NCBI GenBank assembly: GCA_020846635.1
Contig: JADLDO010000036.1
Location: forward strand, 281,048 to 345,047
Length of the DNA: 64,000 bases
Origin: Caldilineaceae bacterium
Lineage (GTDB): Bacteria; Chloroflexota; Anaerolineae; Caldilineales; Caldilineaceae
Direction: 5' to 3'
Made by a program: the position numbers and the translations under genes. The notes below the pieces were generated by a model. That model saw nothing but the letters and a program-made list of their open reading frames with translations. It ran no database searches and was not told where the DNA came from. How positions within the stretch are numbered: the first letter of the stretch is position 1; each line of letters begins with the position of its first letter. Positions 1 through 10,673 of the stretch are shown here, piece by piece.

Positions 1-121
1 TATTGCCCGCAAGCTATTCCTTTGCCGGCTTATCAACGGCTCTTGCCCAATATCTCAGCACCGAAGCTGCCGAGGCATAGTCAAGCATAGGTAACGCAAG
101 TTGGCCTTTTACCTCTGAAAC

Positions 122-150
122 TTGCTTCACACGCCCACATTGGGTATAAT
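122..150 (+). promoter_or_regulatory. sigma-70-type promoter upstream of tRNA-Ser / SRP RNA
   Basis: TTGCTT (122-127), 17-nt spacer, TATAAT (145-150). The -10 ends 13 nt before the tRNA 5' end. Confidence 0.55.
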
Positions 151-162
151 AGGGGACGGCTT

Positions 163-250
<88 letters not shown>

Positions 251-270
251 CTCTTACCAACTCTATATTC

Positions 271-419
<149 letters not shown>

Positions 420-503
420 ATATTTTTTGCCTTCTGCCAGTGAGTGTTCGAGTGTGGGTGCAATTGATTAGTCGCCCACCAGTTTCGTTCTGAGGAGTGA
501 TTG

Positions 504-1073
504 ATGACTGCGACCCTGTACCTGATTCGCCACGCAACCCCGGACTGGCATCGTAAGGATATCCGCTACGATATCCCTCCCGGCCCGCCGCTTGTCGAGC
601 AAGGGGAAGCCGAAGCAAGGCAGTTGGGCGAATTCCTCAAGACCACAGGCATCACGCATCTCTATGCCAGCCCCCTAGAACGTGCCAGCCGTACGGCGCA
701 GATCGCAGCAGAAGCGCTCGGCCTTGAAGTAGAAACCATGTTGGACATTGCCGAATGGGTACAGGGTGAACCGGAGGCCAGCGTGCTGGCTCGATGCCGT
801 CCCTGTTTGGATGCAGCTCTTGACGAAAGCGAAACCCGTGGCCCCATCGCGCTTGTCTCGCATGGCGGGCCAATTCGCCTGCTGCTGGCCGATTTGGGCG
901 TGGATCACGCCGAACTAGAGCATTACCGCGGCATCTTCGACAACCTAAACCCTGTTCCACCGGCAGGCGTTTGGCGCGTTGAGCGTTACGCAGATGGCCG
1001 GATGGGCGTGCCGGAGCTAGTCTTCACGCCCCAACCCTATACCCGCTATGTGCCTACCACGGTCAATGTGTAA
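504..1073 (+). CDS. histidine phosphatase family protein (phosphoglycerate mutase-like)
   Basis: N-terminal LYLIRHATPDW (RHG-type motif). GAGGAG RBS at 492-497. ATG at 504; the ORF track starts at TTG 501. Confidence 0.75.
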   Translation: MTATLYLIRHATPDWHRKDIRYDIPPGPPLVEQGEAEARQLGEFLKTTGITHLYASPLERASRTAQIAAEALGLEVETMLDIAEWVQGEPEASVLARCRPCLDAALDESETRGPIALVSHGGPIRLLLADLGVDHAELEHYRGIFDNLNPVPPAGVWRVERYADGRMGVPELVFTPQPYTRYVPTTVNV

Positions 1074-1175
1074 TTCCTCAGCGTGCGCGATGGTGCGCGA
1101 GATAGTATCGACGCAGGTCGTGTAGAGCCATTCAAAAGTCCGGCAATGGGCGCAATCAATACACGGGAGCAGAGT

Positions 1176-2642
1176 ATGGCAGCGAACAGTGATTTCTATA
1201 GCAAACTCCAAACAGCCATCGACCGTAACGACTCCCTTCTCTGTGTCGGCCTCGACCCACAACCGGCTCAAATTCCTGCCCGCTTCCGCAGCACACAGGG
1301 CGATCCGATCCAGGACGCACTGGCTTGGAATCGTGCTATCATAGAGGCCACCGCACCCTACGCCGCAGTCTATAAGCCAAACATCGCCTTTTACGAAGCA
1401 CTAGGCGTTCTCGGTGCCGAACTGCTGCGCGCCACGCTCGACGCGATTCCTGACAACATTCCCGTCCTGTTGGATGCCAAACGTGGTGACATGGGCAACA
1501 CGGCAACAGCTTATGCCCAGGCTGTCTTTGAGCAGTGGCAGGTTGATGCCGTGACCCTTAACCCCTATCTGGGCCGCGACAGTGTTGACCCATTTCTGGC
1601 CTACCCCGGCAAGGGCCTCTTCGTCGTCTGCCACACTTCCAATCCTGGCTCCACAGATTTCCAGGAATTCGAGGTCAACGACTGGCGCAGCCTCGACCGC
1701 GAAGCCAACCAACCACTCTATATCCATGTTGCGCGCACTGTCACCCGTTGGGGCTCCAACATCGGGCTTGTGGTCGGTGCAACCTTCCCGGAAGCCATCC
1801 AAGCGACCCGCGTCGCCGCGCCCAATGCCTGGTTCCTCATTCCCGGCATCGGCGCGCAAGGGGGAGATTTGGAGGCGTCAGTTACCGCCGGAATTCGTGA
1901 TGACAAACAGGGCATCGTCGTCAACGTCAGCCGCAGCATTGCACAGGCAGACGATCCCGCTGCTGCTGCCAAAACAATGCGCGACAGCATCAACGCCGCC
2001 CGCAGCAGCAAAGTCTACGCCATGCCCGCGATACCCTCCTCACTTCAAGCCGAGGAGCAACAGTTGATTGACGGTTTGGTCGAGCTTTCCGCGCTAAAAT
2101 TTGGCGACTTTACCCTTGCCAGCGGGCAGCGCTCGCCCATCTATATCGATCTGCGTCTCCTGGTAAGCGCCCCCAACCTGCTTGCCCAGGCTGCCGACTT
2201 CTACAGTGCCATCGTCGCCACCCTGAGTGCCGACCGCTTGGCGGGAGTCCCCTATGCCGCGCTGCCCATCGCCACCGCGGTCAGCCTGCGTACGGGGATG
2301 CCCATGATTTACACGCGCAAAGAAGCCAAGACACACGGTCTAGCCAAAGAGGTCGATGGGCTTTGGGAACCAGGCGAACGAGTGATCATCATTGAGGATC
2401 TCATCACCAGCGGCGGCAGTATCATCAAAACCGTCGAGAAACTGCGCGGCCTGGGCCTGATCATCGAAGATGTCGTCGTATTGATCGACCGCGGTCAAGG
2501 AGGCGTCGCCAAGCTAGCCGAAGCGGGGATTCGCGCCCACTGCGTCTTTACCCTGCCCGCCATGCTCGATTATCTTGTGGCACATGGGCGCATGCAGCGG
2601 GCAACTGCCGATGATGTGCGCGCCTTTCTGAAGGGGAGCTAG
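1176..2642 (+). CDS. pyrF-pyrE: bifunctional orotidine-5'-phosphate decarboxylase (type 2) / orotate phosphoribosyltransferase fusion
   Basis: The N-terminal half has LLCVGLDP and [12 protein letters not shown] (type-2 OMPDC). The C-terminal half has [19 protein letters not shown] and the PRPP motif [16 protein letters not shown] 1176 is preceded by GGGAG. Confidence 0.85.
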   Translation: MAANSDFYSKLQTAIDRNDSLLCVGLDPQPAQIPARFRSTQGDPIQDALAWNRAIIEATAPYAAVYKPNIAFYEALGVLGAELLRATLDAIPDNIPVLLDAKRGDMGNTATAYAQAVFEQWQVDAVTLNPYLGRDSVDPFLAYPGKGLFVVCHTSNPGSTDFQEFEVNDWRSLDREANQPLYIHVARTVTRWGSNIGLVVGATFPEAIQATRVAAPNAWFLIPGIGAQGGDLEASVTAGIRDDKQGIVVNVSRSIAQADDPAAAAKTMRDSINAARSSKVYAMPAIPSSLQAEEQQLIDGLVELSALKFGDFTLASGQRSPIYIDLRLLVSAPNLLAQAADFYSAIVATLSADRLAGVPYAALPIATAVSLRTGMPMIYTRKEAKTHGLAKEVDGLWEPGERVIIIEDLITSGGSIIKTVEKLRGLGLIIEDVVVLIDRGQGGVAKLAEAGIRAHCVFTLPAMLDYLVAHGRMQRATADDVRAFLKGS

Positions 2643-2646
2643 CTCG

Positions 2647-3633
2647 ATGGAGACGCGGCCCATTGACTTTCTCGGCCATTCGCTTCATTCCCCTTTTGTC
2701 CTTGCCAGCGGCATTTGGGGAACCACAGCCAGCCTCCTCCAGCGCGCGGCACAGGCAGGCTGTGGAGCGGTCACAGCCAAGAGTTGCGGCCCCACGCCGC
2801 GCACAGGCCATGTCAACCCGACCTGCCTTGATTGGGGCAATGGCCTGATCAACGCTATTGGGCTGGCAAATCCTGGCGTCGAGAATGAAGTCGGGCTATT
2901 GGAAAAGGCACGCCCCGGCCTTGACGAGGTAGGTGTTCCGCTCATTGCCAGCATCTTTGCAGGCACAGCCGCCGAGTTCGGTCAAGTTGCCGCCACCATT
3001 GCCCAAGCGCGCCCCGCCTTGATCGAAGTCAACATCTCCTGCCCCAACGTACACAGCGAATTTGGCGAGCCTTTTGCCGCCAACGCAACCAGCGCTGCCG
3101 AAGTTACCACCCATGTCAAAGCCGTAGCCGCGCCGCTGGGCATCCCGGTCATTGTCAAATTGGCCCCAAACGTCCCATCCGTCACCCAGATCGCCCACGC
3201 CGTCATTGAAGCCGGAGCCGACGCGTTCTGTGCGATCAACACCATGCCCGGCCTAGTGCTCGATGTCGAGAGCGGTCAGCCCATCTTGGCAAACATCTCA
3301 GGCGGCATCAGCGGCCCCGCGCTCAAGCCCATCGCGCTCAAATGCGTCTTTGACCTCCATCGCGCCTTTCCCCACATCCCAATTATCGGCACAGGTGGCG
3401 TCACCACCGGGCGTGACGCGCTCGAAATGGTCATGGCAGGGGCGACCCTGGTTGGCATTGGCAGCGCCATCTACTACCGTGGCCCCAATGCGATCAGCGA
3501 AATCCGTGATGAGTTCAACGAGTGGTTGGCATGCCACCATATTACCGATCTAGCCGAGATACGCGGTCGCGCCCATCGCGCCCCCGTCTATCCCACCGTC
3601 CCCACCGGCGCACCCATCCCCCACGCCCACTAA
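2647..3633 (+). CDS. pyrD: dihydroorotate dehydrogenase, class 1 (Cys catalytic base)
   Basis: Motifs [15 protein letters not shown] and IGTGGV are present. GGGGAG RBS. No pyrK-like gene is adjacent. Confidence 0.85.
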   Translation: METRPIDFLGHSLHSPFVLASGIWGTTASLLQRAAQAGCGAVTAKSCGPTPRTGHVNPTCLDWGNGLINAIGLANPGVENEVGLLEKARPGLDEVGVPLIASIFAGTAAEFGQVAATIAQARPALIEVNISCPNVHSEFGEPFAANATSAAEVTTHVKAVAAPLGIPVIVKLAPNVPSVTQIAHAVIEAGADAFCAINTMPGLVLDVESGQPILANISGGISGPALKPIALKCVFDLHRAFPHIPIIGTGGVTTGRDALEMVMAGATLVGIGSAIYYRGPNAISEIRDEFNEWLACHHITDLAEIRGRAHRAPVYPTVPTGAPIPHAH

Positions 3634-3656
3634 CCCTCCAACCTTCATCCTTCTCT

Positions 3657-3685
3657 TTGCGCGTCCTGCATGGCGGCTGTATAAT
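3657..3685 (+). promoter_or_regulatory. candidate promoter (ambiguous: lies inside a hairpin that could terminate pyrD)
   Basis: TTGCGC (3657-3662), 17-nt spacer, TATAAT (3680-3685). An 8-bp stem CTGCATGG (3666-3673) / CCATGCAG (3690-3697) encloses the -10. Confidence 0.35.
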
Positions 3686-3759
3686 CCCCCCATGCAGTTG
3701 CTTAAGCAGCCACACCTCTACAGCGCGCAACCCGTTTCCAATAGTTCAAGTACGCCGCT

Positions 3760-5265
3760 ATGCTAAACGTAACCGTGGCGTATAGACCACAGAGCGGCTC
3801 ATATCTCACGGTCGTGAACTTAAGCGCGGCAGCCTTGATCCTCGCTCTCGCAGCAGCCATCGCTGTCACGCCTCTCCCCTGGTTGCTGGTGGTATTGGGG
3901 GCTGCGCTGGGCATGCTGCTCACGCTGATCTTCCCGTGGCTTGCCTGGTTGGGGCTGGCCTTTGCCCTGCCCATCGCTTCCGGCTGGCGCATCGGTCCTG
4001 CCTCGCTCACCGACCTCATTTTTGCCGCAGCACTCGCCCTCTGGTGTGCCTCGATCATCAGCCAACGCCGCTCGCTGCGTACACCGCGTCTACCGGTCTG
4101 GTCTGTCGCTCTCTATCTCCTGGTCCTCTATGTTGCCTCGTTGGGCGCGTCGAATTTAGACGAAGCCTTAACCGAAATGGTAAAATGGGTCGAATTTGGT
4201 GCTTTGCTGCTCATCTTGCCAATGGCAGTTCCAGCCAAGTTTCTGCCCTGGCTGGTTGCGGCCCTGCTCTCTGCCGCTGCCCTGCAAGGCATCTATGGAC
4301 TTTACCAATTTGTCTTTCGCATCGGCCCCGACTGGTTTCTCATTCAGGGTCGCTTTATGCGTGCCAGCGGCGTCTTTGGACAGCCCAATCCGTTTGGAGC
4401 CTATCTAGGGTTATCGCTGCCGGTCGCCTTTAGTCTCGCCTTGTGGGGCATAAGTGATTTCCTGCGCCAGAGGCGGATGACGACAGCGTTCTGGACGATC
4501 TTCTATCTCGCCGCCTGCCTGTGCATCGGCGTGGGGCTTGTTGCCAGTTGGAGCCGCGGCGGTTGGTTGGGAGCAGTCGCAGCCGTGGTCGTCGTCCTTG
4601 CCTTTTTTCATCGCCGCACAGCCACACTTCTCGGTCTGGGGATTCTCGTTCTAACCGCGGCGGCCCTGCTAGGTATGCTCAACCCAGGCTGGGTTCCGTC
4701 TGCCATTAGCGCTCGACTTGCCGACATTCCGGCCTATCTAGGTCTCGTGGATGTGCTCTCGCTGGAAGTAAATGACGATAATTTTGCCATCATCGAGCGC
4801 GTCGCCCATTGGGTCGCAGCGATACGCATGTGGGAATCGGCACCCTGGTTGGGTGTGGGACCCGGCAATTATGCCGCTGCCTATCCCCAGGTAGCCCTTC
4901 CTCGCTGGCCGGAGCCGTTGGGCCACGCCCACAATATCTACTTGAATGTCTTGGGCGAGACGGGGCTGCTAGGGATGAGTACATTTCTGCTGATGTGGGC
5001 ATCGCTGGTAGGATGGCTGCGTAAACAAATGCAAAGCGTTCTACCACCAGAGAGTTGGTCGCGAGCGTTAGCCGTGGGGGTGCTGGGCGTCTTAGCCCAT
5101 CTTGCCGTCCACAGCCTTTTCGATAATCTCTTTGTCCAGGGCATGTACCTGCACGTTGCTTTTTGGCTTGCTGCGGTCGCAATTTCTGCTGCCAGCCCTC
5201 TGGCAATGGACTCATCTTCATCAAGGCCATTGTGTATATCATCGCTTCCAGAAAGGGACGGATAA
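3760..5265 (+). CDS. O-antigen ligase/polymerase-like (Wzy_C-type) polytopic membrane protein
   Basis: Multi-TM protein with SWSRGGWLG and HAHNIYLNVLGETGLLG motifs typical of the O-antigen ligase family. Start uncertain because no clear RBS is present. Confidence 0.7.
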   Translation: MLNVTVAYRPQSGSYLTVVNLSAAALILALAAAIAVTPLPWLLVVLGAALGMLLTLIFPWLAWLGLAFALPIASGWRIGPASLTDLIFAAALALWCASIISQRRSLRTPRLPVWSVALYLLVLYVASLGASNLDEALTEMVKWVEFGALLLILPMAVPAKFLPWLVAALLSAAALQGIYGLYQFVFRIGPDWFLIQGRFMRASGVFGQPNPFGAYLGLSLPVAFSLALWGISDFLRQRRMTTAFWTIFYLAACLCIGVGLVASWSRGGWLGAVAAVVVVLAFFHRRTATLLGLGILVLTAAALLGMLNPGWVPSAISARLADIPAYLGLVDVLSLEVNDDNFAIIERVAHWVAAIRMWESAPWLGVGPGNYAAAYPQVALPRWPEPLGHAHNIYLNVLGETGLLGMSTFLLMWASLVGWLRKQMQSVLPPESWSRALAVGVLGVLAHLAVHSLFDNLFVQGMYLHVAFWLAAVAISAASPLAMDSSSSRPLCISSLPERDG

Positions 5266-5267
5266 AG

Positions 5268-5735
5268 TTGTTGTTTACAAACGTCCGCGAACTTGCTCGC
5301 ACCAATCGCAAAGAAGTAAAGCGCTTCGTCAAGTTTGCGATCGTTGGGGCAGCCGGTTCGATCACAGATTTTGCTGTTCTCAATTTTTTTATCCAGCTTG
5401 TCGGGCTACCGCTGGCAGTCGCCAACACATGCAGCTTTATAGCTGCCGTGATGCAAAATTTCGCCCTCAACCGGATCTGGACATTTCCGGAAAGTCGCGA
5501 GCGCCACGCCAGCGGCCAACTTGCCCAGTTCGCAATGGTGAGCCTCGTTGGCTACGGACTCAACCAACTGGTCTTTCTGACCCTGCACCACACATGGGAA
5601 TCGTATTGGATGGCCCATTTCGGTGCCGACACAGGCTTTGTGATTAGCTACAATGTTGCCAAGCTCTTTGCTATTGGGGTTGTCCTTTTTTGGAACTTCA
5701 CCGCGAACCGGCTTTGGACCTATCGCGGTCTCTGA
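5268..5735 (+). CDS. GtrA family membrane protein
   Basis: FVKFAIVGAAGSITDF, NRIWTF and ANRLWTY are GtrA hallmarks. TTG at 5268 lies just after the upstream stop. The ORF-track start at 5163 overlaps the upstream gene. Confidence 0.7.
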   Translation: MLFTNVRELARTNRKEVKRFVKFAIVGAAGSITDFAVLNFFIQLVGLPLAVANTCSFIAAVMQNFALNRIWTFPESRERHASGQLAQFAMVSLVGYGLNQLVFLTLHHTWESYWMAHFGADTGFVISYNVAKLFAIGVVLFWNFTANRLWTYRGL

Positions 5736-5747
5736 AGCAGTTGCGCT

Positions 5748-6890
5748 GTGACCCGCATCGCCATTGACTACACGCCAGCGATTCGCCAACAAGCTGGCAT
5801 AGGCCGCATCATCCGCGGCCAAATCGAGGCACTACTCGCCAGCGACCATCCGTACGAGCTCTGCCTTTTCGTCGTTGGCCCCGTCACCTCCGCCCAACGA
5901 CATCACGCCCCACGCCCGCTGTACACAACGCCGATCAGCGAACGCGCGATGATACGTCTTTGGCATCGTCTCAACATGCCGCTGCCGCGCGTGGATTGGT
6001 TTACCGGCGGCCCGATCGATCTTTTCCATGCAACCGACTTTGTCCTCGCACCCCACGGGGCAAAACGTGCCGCGCTGACGGTGCATGACCTCGCCTTTCA
6101 CTTTTTTCCTGACGCGGCCATGCCCTCGCTCCATCACTATCTAAATGTCGTCGTACCCCGCAGCGTACGCCGCGCCGACCATATCATTGCCGACAGTACG
6201 CACACTGCCCACGATCTGCAAGAAGTATGGAACGTTCCTGCTTCCAAATTGAGCGTTGTTCAAGGTGCTGTCGATCATCTCCATTTTCGCCCAGTCACCG
6301 ATACTGCTCGACTGGCCGCGGTACGTACTCGCTACGGTGTGGGCGATGATCCCTACATTCTGTCGATTAGCCGGTTGGAGCCGCGCAAGAACCATGTCCG
6401 CCTCATTGAGGCATTTCACCAGGCGCGCCAAGAGGCCAATCTGCCTCATAAGCTGATCATCGGTGGGCGCAAAGGCTGGCTCTACGACGAAATCTTTGCC
6501 AAAGTCGCCGAGTTGAGACTACAAGATCAGGTGCATTTCTGTGGGTTCGTCGCCGAAGAGGATCTTCCGGCGCTCTATTCTGCAGCCGACTTTGTGGCCT
6601 ATCCATCGCTCTATGAGGGCTTTGGCCTGCCCATCGTGGAAGCATTGGCCTGCGGCACACCCGTCCTCACTGGCGACAACTCCTGTCTGCCGGAAGCTGC
6701 CGGCCCTGGCGCAGTTTATGTCAATGCGCTGGACGTGGAGAGCATCGCCGCAGGACTCGTCCGCCTCGCCACCGACCGCGCCCTGGCGGCGCAATTGTCC
6801 AGCGCGGGACGCATCCACGCCGCCCAATTCACGTGGGAGCGCAGCGCCGCTCAACTGCTGGAAGCTTATCAGAAAACGCTCAGCACATGA
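5748..6890 (+). CDS. glycosyltransferase family 4 (GT-B, Glycos_transf_1)
   Basis: The C-terminal domain has EPRKN, the PSLYEGFGLPIVEALACGTPV (EX7E region) motif. Confidence 0.8.
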   Translation: MTRIAIDYTPAIRQQAGIGRIIRGQIEALLASDHPYELCLFVVGPVTSAQRHHAPRPLYTTPISERAMIRLWHRLNMPLPRVDWFTGGPIDLFHATDFVLAPHGAKRAALTVHDLAFHFFPDAAMPSLHHYLNVVVPRSVRRADHIIADSTHTAHDLQEVWNVPASKLSVVQGAVDHLHFRPVTDTARLAAVRTRYGVGDDPYILSISRLEPRKNHVRLIEAFHQARQEANLPHKLIIGGRKGWLYDEIFAKVAELRLQDQVHFCGFVAEEDLPALYSAADFVAYPSLYEGFGLPIVEALACGTPVLTGDNSCLPEAAGPGAVYVNALDVESIAAGLVRLATDRALAAQLSSAGRIHAAQFTWERSAAQLLEAYQKTLST

Positions 6891-6927
6891 GAAGTACAAA
6901 ACACCCTCGATCCCAAAAAGAGGAGCC

Positions 6928-7410
6928 ATGACGACCCAACCCCTGCCAACGCGCCTCGTGACCGACAGCGCGTTCACACTCAGTCAATTCATGCAGCCCG
7001 AACACTCAAACAGTCAGGGGCGTGTCCACGGCGGCGTTGTTCTCAAACTCTGCGATGAATGTGGCGGCATTGTGGCCGCGCGCCATGCGCGACGACCTGT
7101 CGTGACCGTGACGGTCGATAGCGTCACCTTCCACCGTCCCATCGAACTCGGCTCGCTGCTGCTCATCCACGGTCGCATCACCTACGTAGGCACAACAAGC
7201 CTCGAGGTGGAATTGCGCGTCGAAGCCGAAAACCTGCTCACCGGCGAGATCATCCATACCAACAGCGCCTATTTCGTCTACGTTGCCCTGGACGACATGC
7301 GCCGTCCGACCCCCGTTCCCACCTTAGAGCTACAGACCGACGAAGAACGCCACCGCTTTGAACAGGGACGCGCTCGCCAGGCCGCTCGCCTGGCGCGTGC
7401 CCAAGCATGA
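6928..7410 (+). CDS. acyl-CoA thioesterase (hotdog fold, YciA-like)
   Basis: MQPEHSNSQGRVHGGVVLKLCDE motif. AGGAG RBS at 6921-6925. The upstream part of the ORF (6541-6927) overlaps the GT4 gene in another frame. Confidence 0.8.
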   Translation: MTTQPLPTRLVTDSAFTLSQFMQPEHSNSQGRVHGGVVLKLCDECGGIVAARHARRPVVTVTVDSVTFHRPIELGSLLLIHGRITYVGTTSLEVELRVEAENLLTGEIIHTNSAYFVYVALDDMRRPTPVPTLELQTDEERHRFEQGRARQAARLARAQA

Positions 7411-8030
7411 TGCGTTGGTTGCTGCCCGTTGGCCTCGTGATGGCCCTCGCCGGTTATTTCGCACCCTGGATCGCACATCCTGTGGCGGGCTTGGTCATCA
7501 CAGGCCTAGACCTCGGTGAGTATGTCAAGTTCCTGCCTGTTGTGCGCGAAGGAACCGTCACAATCTGGCGTTTCGGTTTTTATGTGCCGCTGGTCGCCGT
7601 CAGCGCGGCATCCCTCTTGGTGGCGTATCGGGGCGATTTTGCCTACCGTTGGTGGCTGCGGCTCCCCCTGTTGGCGTTGGCTGCCATTGCCGCCTTTAAC
7701 CTGGTGCCGCCCGCCTGGACACCCGCGCGCCTGCTTGAGCCGGAGTTTCGCCTCCAGACTGCCAGCTTGCTCGGTTTGCTGGTTGGCCTCGCCTTCAGCC
7801 CCTTTTGGGCGCTCCTTCCACGCCCCGTCGCGGCCACACTCGTTACAGCACTCACGCTGACCGGTTGTCTCGCACCACTTTATGACTTTTACCAAGTGCT
7901 CCCTGCCATCCAGGCCCTCTATCACCAGCCACTTGCGCCGGCGTGGGGTCTGTGGCTCATGGTGCTTGGACTCATCCTTATCCCCATTGCCTACTGGTTC
8001 ACGCCGTCCCGACCGTCTTTGCCACGATAG
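7407..8030 (+). CDS. hypothetical polytopic membrane protein
   Basis: Roughly 6 hydrophobic segments. ATGA start/stop overlap with the thioesterase gene. No recognisable family. Confidence 0.55.
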   Translation: MMRWLLPVGLVMALAGYFAPWIAHPVAGLVITGLDLGEYVKFLPVVREGTVTIWRFGFYVPLVAVSAASLLVAYRGDFAYRWWLRLPLLALAAIAAFNLVPPAWTPARLLEPEFRLQTASLLGLLVGLAFSPFWALLPRPVAATLVTALTLTGCLAPLYDFYQVLPAIQALYHQPLAPAWGLWLMVLGLILIPIAYWFTPSRPSLPR

Positions 8031-8051
8031 AGAACGATAGCGAGAAATAAG

Positions 8052-8834
8052 ATGCATTTAGGTGTCATGAATGATCCCCGTCGCCCGCTGCTTGAGGAAA
8101 TCGAATGGATCGCGGCGAATGGTTTCGATTACATCGATCTAACTTTAGAGCCGCCCGGCGCAGCATTGGAAAACACCGAATGGCGCAGCATACGGAGCGC
8201 CATCGAACAAGCAGGGCTGGGCGTCATCTGTCACGCAGCCCCCTACCTCCCTATCGAAAGCCCATCCCCGCTCGTCCGTCAAGCTGCGCTCGATGAACTC
8301 CGCCGCTCGATTGATGCAGCGCATATCCTCGGCGCGCCACTCTGCACCATCCACTTTCGCGGCTGGCCCGCCCACCTCACCGACGCCGCCGGATATGACT
8401 ACTACCGGCAGATGGTTGAAATTCTGCTGCGCCACGGCGCGGGTCGGGATGTAGCGATTGCGCTCGAAAACAGTGCCGAGAATCACCACCAACTCAAATA
8501 CTTCCGCGAGATTTTCCACCGTCTCCCAGAATTGAAGCTGCTCTTTGACATCGGACACGGTAACATCAAGACAGCCAAGAGCATGACGCGTGACTATCTC
8601 TTTGCCTTCTCCGACCGCTTGGCCCATGTCCATATCAGCGACAATGGCGGGCAAGCGGATGATCACCTGCCCATCGGCGCGCCCGCGCGCGGCGGCATCG
8701 ACCTAGCCCATGAGCTACGTGGCTTGCGCAGTTTCAGTTATGAGGGTGGAATTACAGTGGAGGTATTTGGCGACCGGCGCTGGCTGGTTGCCAGCGCCGA
8801 GTTAATCCGTGAAGTTTGGGAAGTGGCAAGCTAA
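8052..8834 (+). CDS. sugar phosphate isomerase/epimerase (xylose isomerase-like TIM barrel)
   Basis: Pattern IALEN...LLFDIGH...HVHISDN is typical of the AP_endonuc_2/TIM barrel family. Confidence 0.7.
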   Translation: MHLGVMNDPRRPLLEEIEWIAANGFDYIDLTLEPPGAALENTEWRSIRSAIEQAGLGVICHAAPYLPIESPSPLVRQAALDELRRSIDAAHILGAPLCTIHFRGWPAHLTDAAGYDYYRQMVEILLRHGAGRDVAIALENSAENHHQLKYFREIFHRLPELKLLFDIGHGNIKTAKSMTRDYLFAFSDRLAHVHISDNGGQADDHLPIGAPARGGIDLAHELRGLRSFSYEGGITVEVFGDRRWLVASAELIREVWEVAS

Positions 8835-8836
8835 AC

Positions 8837-10081
8837 TCAACCACCTCCAGGGCTGTTTCCTTCCGGTACAGAGGCTTCGCCATTCGGCACCTCTATCGCC
8901 GGTACAACTTCAGGAGTAGGGGCCGGGTCATTGGTGGCGACAGAGGGAACGCCCTGAGGTACGGGCTGGCATGCATTGGCATCCTGCCGTCGCGCGTCCA
9001 CCATAGCGGGTGCTTCCCAAATCCCATCCACGACAGCGCGCACACGCGCTGGATCGTTGATCACCAGCACCGCTGCCCCTTGTGCTGTCGTATAACTCTG
9101 CAACTCGCGCAAGGTGATCCCCCCCGCGCGCACATTCGCTGAATCCAGCATCGTTCCAAATTGCATCAGCGACACGATTTCCACCATGCTCAAATCCGTA
9201 GAGAAGGTGTTGGAAAATGCCGTGAATAGCTGCGGCATACGCGGCAAGAGGTTCGTGTTTAATATCTGGTCGCGCATGGCCCACAAAAATTGGCGCTGGC
9301 GTTGTGAACGACCAATATCACTCTCCTTCAAACGCAAGCGCACATACCAATAGGCTTCTTCCCCATCCATATGCACTTCACCCGCAGGCAGCGTAAAGTA
9401 ATCCCACGAATTCGTCGTCAGGTTGAAAATGGGCTCATAGAAGGGACAATCCAGATAGATCGTCACGCCCCCGACAGCATCCACAACCTCTTGAAAGCCT
9501 GTCATCTCCACCCGCATCCAATGATCGGTTTCAATGCCCAGGGTCTGGCTCAACACAGTCGAGATCAGCGCCGGGCCACCGCCTGGCACCTTCATGAGCT
9601 TCTCGCCGATATAATCGACCTGGTTGATACGCCCAAAACCATAGTCAGGGATTTCCAGGTAGAGATCGCGCGGGATACTCAGAACCGCCGCCCGGTTGAG
9701 CTTCCGATCCAGCCCAACGACGATAATGGTATCCGTCCGCCAACTCGAATCAGCCGCGCGCCGGTCCGTCCCCAAGATCAGATAATTGTCGGTCTCTTGC
9801 CACGCAAAAGCCGGCCCGCTCGGCACAGAGACCAACGCGGGTGCTGCGGCAGCAAGACCGCTGCCGCTGGCCGCCACGGCTGAAACAGTTGGCAGTTCGG
9901 CAAACGGCCCAAAGGGAGGCACAGGGGCTCCCTCGTTTGGTGAAAGAACAATGGCGTCCGGTGTGGGCGTGGGCAGCCCGACAAAGACAGGTTGTCCGCA
10001 CGCACCCAATACCATAATAGCAAAAAATGAACTGAATAAGACAAAAACAAACCGCTGCGCGCATGAACCCTGCACAGCCAT
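8837..10081 (-). CDS. LytR-CpsA-Psr (LCP) family protein
   Basis: LILGTDRR...DTIIVVGLD...LSIPRDL motifs plus an N-terminal TM segment. ATG 10081 is preceded by AAAGGAGG. Confidence 0.8.
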   Translation of the reverse strand: MAVQGSCAQRFVFVLFSSFFAIMVLGACGQPVFVGLPTPTPDAIVLSPNEGAPVPPFGPFAELPTVSAVAASGSGLAAAAPALVSVPSGPAFAWQETDNYLILGTDRRAADSSWRTDTIIVVGLDRKLNRAAVLSIPRDLYLEIPDYGFGRINQVDYIGEKLMKVPGGGPALISTVLSQTLGIETDHWMRVEMTGFQEVVDAVGGVTIYLDCPFYEPIFNLTTNSWDYFTLPAGEVHMDGEEAYWYVRLRLKESDIGRSQRQRQFLWAMRDQILNTNLLPRMPQLFTAFSNTFSTDLSMVEIVSLMQFGTMLDSANVRAGGITLRELQSYTTAQGAAVLVINDPARVRAVVDGIWEAPAMVDARRQDANACQPVPQGVPSVATNDPAPTPEVVPAIEVPNGEASVPEGNSPGGG

Positions 10082-10115
10082 TCCTCCTTTAGTCACAGTG
10101 TCCACACCCTGTCCA

Positions 10116-10673
10116 TCAACCCGCGCTGCGCGCGGTGACAAGGGCGGCATACATCTCCTCACTCACTTGGTAATGCCACTCATACGCTTGCCAGAACTCG
10201 CCCAAGTTCTGGTTGCCTGCCCGTTCATAGGCCAACGCCTGGTGCATCATCTCTAGTTTGTCTGCGTCGTGTACTAACCGCCCTTCTGGTGTCGAACGCT
10301 CACTATATTCCTGCCAAAGAGCTAGGAAATCCGATACAGGTAGATCGCCGGTCAATTGCGCCAATGCCCTGGCCTCAGCTTCGTGCTTTACATGCTTTCC
10401 AAGCAGCTCTGTCGCGCGCCGGGGCAAGTCCGTGACCACAGATTCGGCCAGATCATGCACTGTGGCAATCTGAGCCACTCGACCAATATCCAACGGCGCA
10501 CGCAAGCCATGCGCCGCCGGGTCACGATTGACGGATGCCGCCAGCATCATCGCCAGCAGCGCCGTCGCCCAGCAGTGATCTGCAACCGACTCCGGCTGTG
10601 CCACCCCGGCAAAAAGCCAGCCGGAACGGGGCAATCGCTTCAGCGCGCTTGCGCTTTGCAGCATCGCGATCAT
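10116..10673 (-). CDS. HD domain protein (YfbR-like 5'-nucleotidase family)
   Basis: PESVADHCW...VHDLAE...DADKLEM (HD metal ligands). The ATG shares its A with the cinA TAA stop (TAATG). Confidence 0.7.
   Translation of the reverse strand: MIAMLQSASALKRLPRSGWLFAGVAQPESVADHCWATALLAMMLAASVNRDPAAHGLRAPLDIGRVAQIATVHDLAESVVTDLPRRATELLGKHVKHEAEARALAQLTGDLPVSDFLALWQEYSERSTPEGRLVHDADKLEMMHQALAYERAGNQNLGEFWQAYEWHYQVSEEMYAALVTARSAG

Noticed and set aside
1-90. Possible 3' end of an upstream plus-strand CDS (for example the frame ending ...LAQYLSTEAAEA* at about nt 78).
   Set aside because: Only about 25 codons are visible, and several frames stay open for similar lengths. There is no basis for a call.
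1074-1175. Regulatory leaders looked for: a PyrR-binding attenuator upstream of pyrF-pyrE (plus a GTGCGCGA x2 direct repeat at 1083-1100), a His leader peptide upstream of hisD, and a TPP riboswitch near the NMT1-type transporter.
   Set aside because: There is no match to the PyrR loop consensus. The 8-nt repeat is too short and GC-biased to be significant on its own. hisD is only 21 nt from the preceding gene, and the transporter genes are internal to an operon with no leader space.
6541-6927. N-terminal extensions offered by the ORF track: 6541-6927, 13626-13868, 14797-15006, 15671-15751, 1083-1175, 62718-62804, 48498-48575 and 45210-45239.
   Set aside because: These segments overlap the upstream gene or promoter or lack coding character. 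In each case an internal ATG with a good Shine-Dalgarno sequence and a sensible N-terminus (signal peptide or conserved motif) is available.
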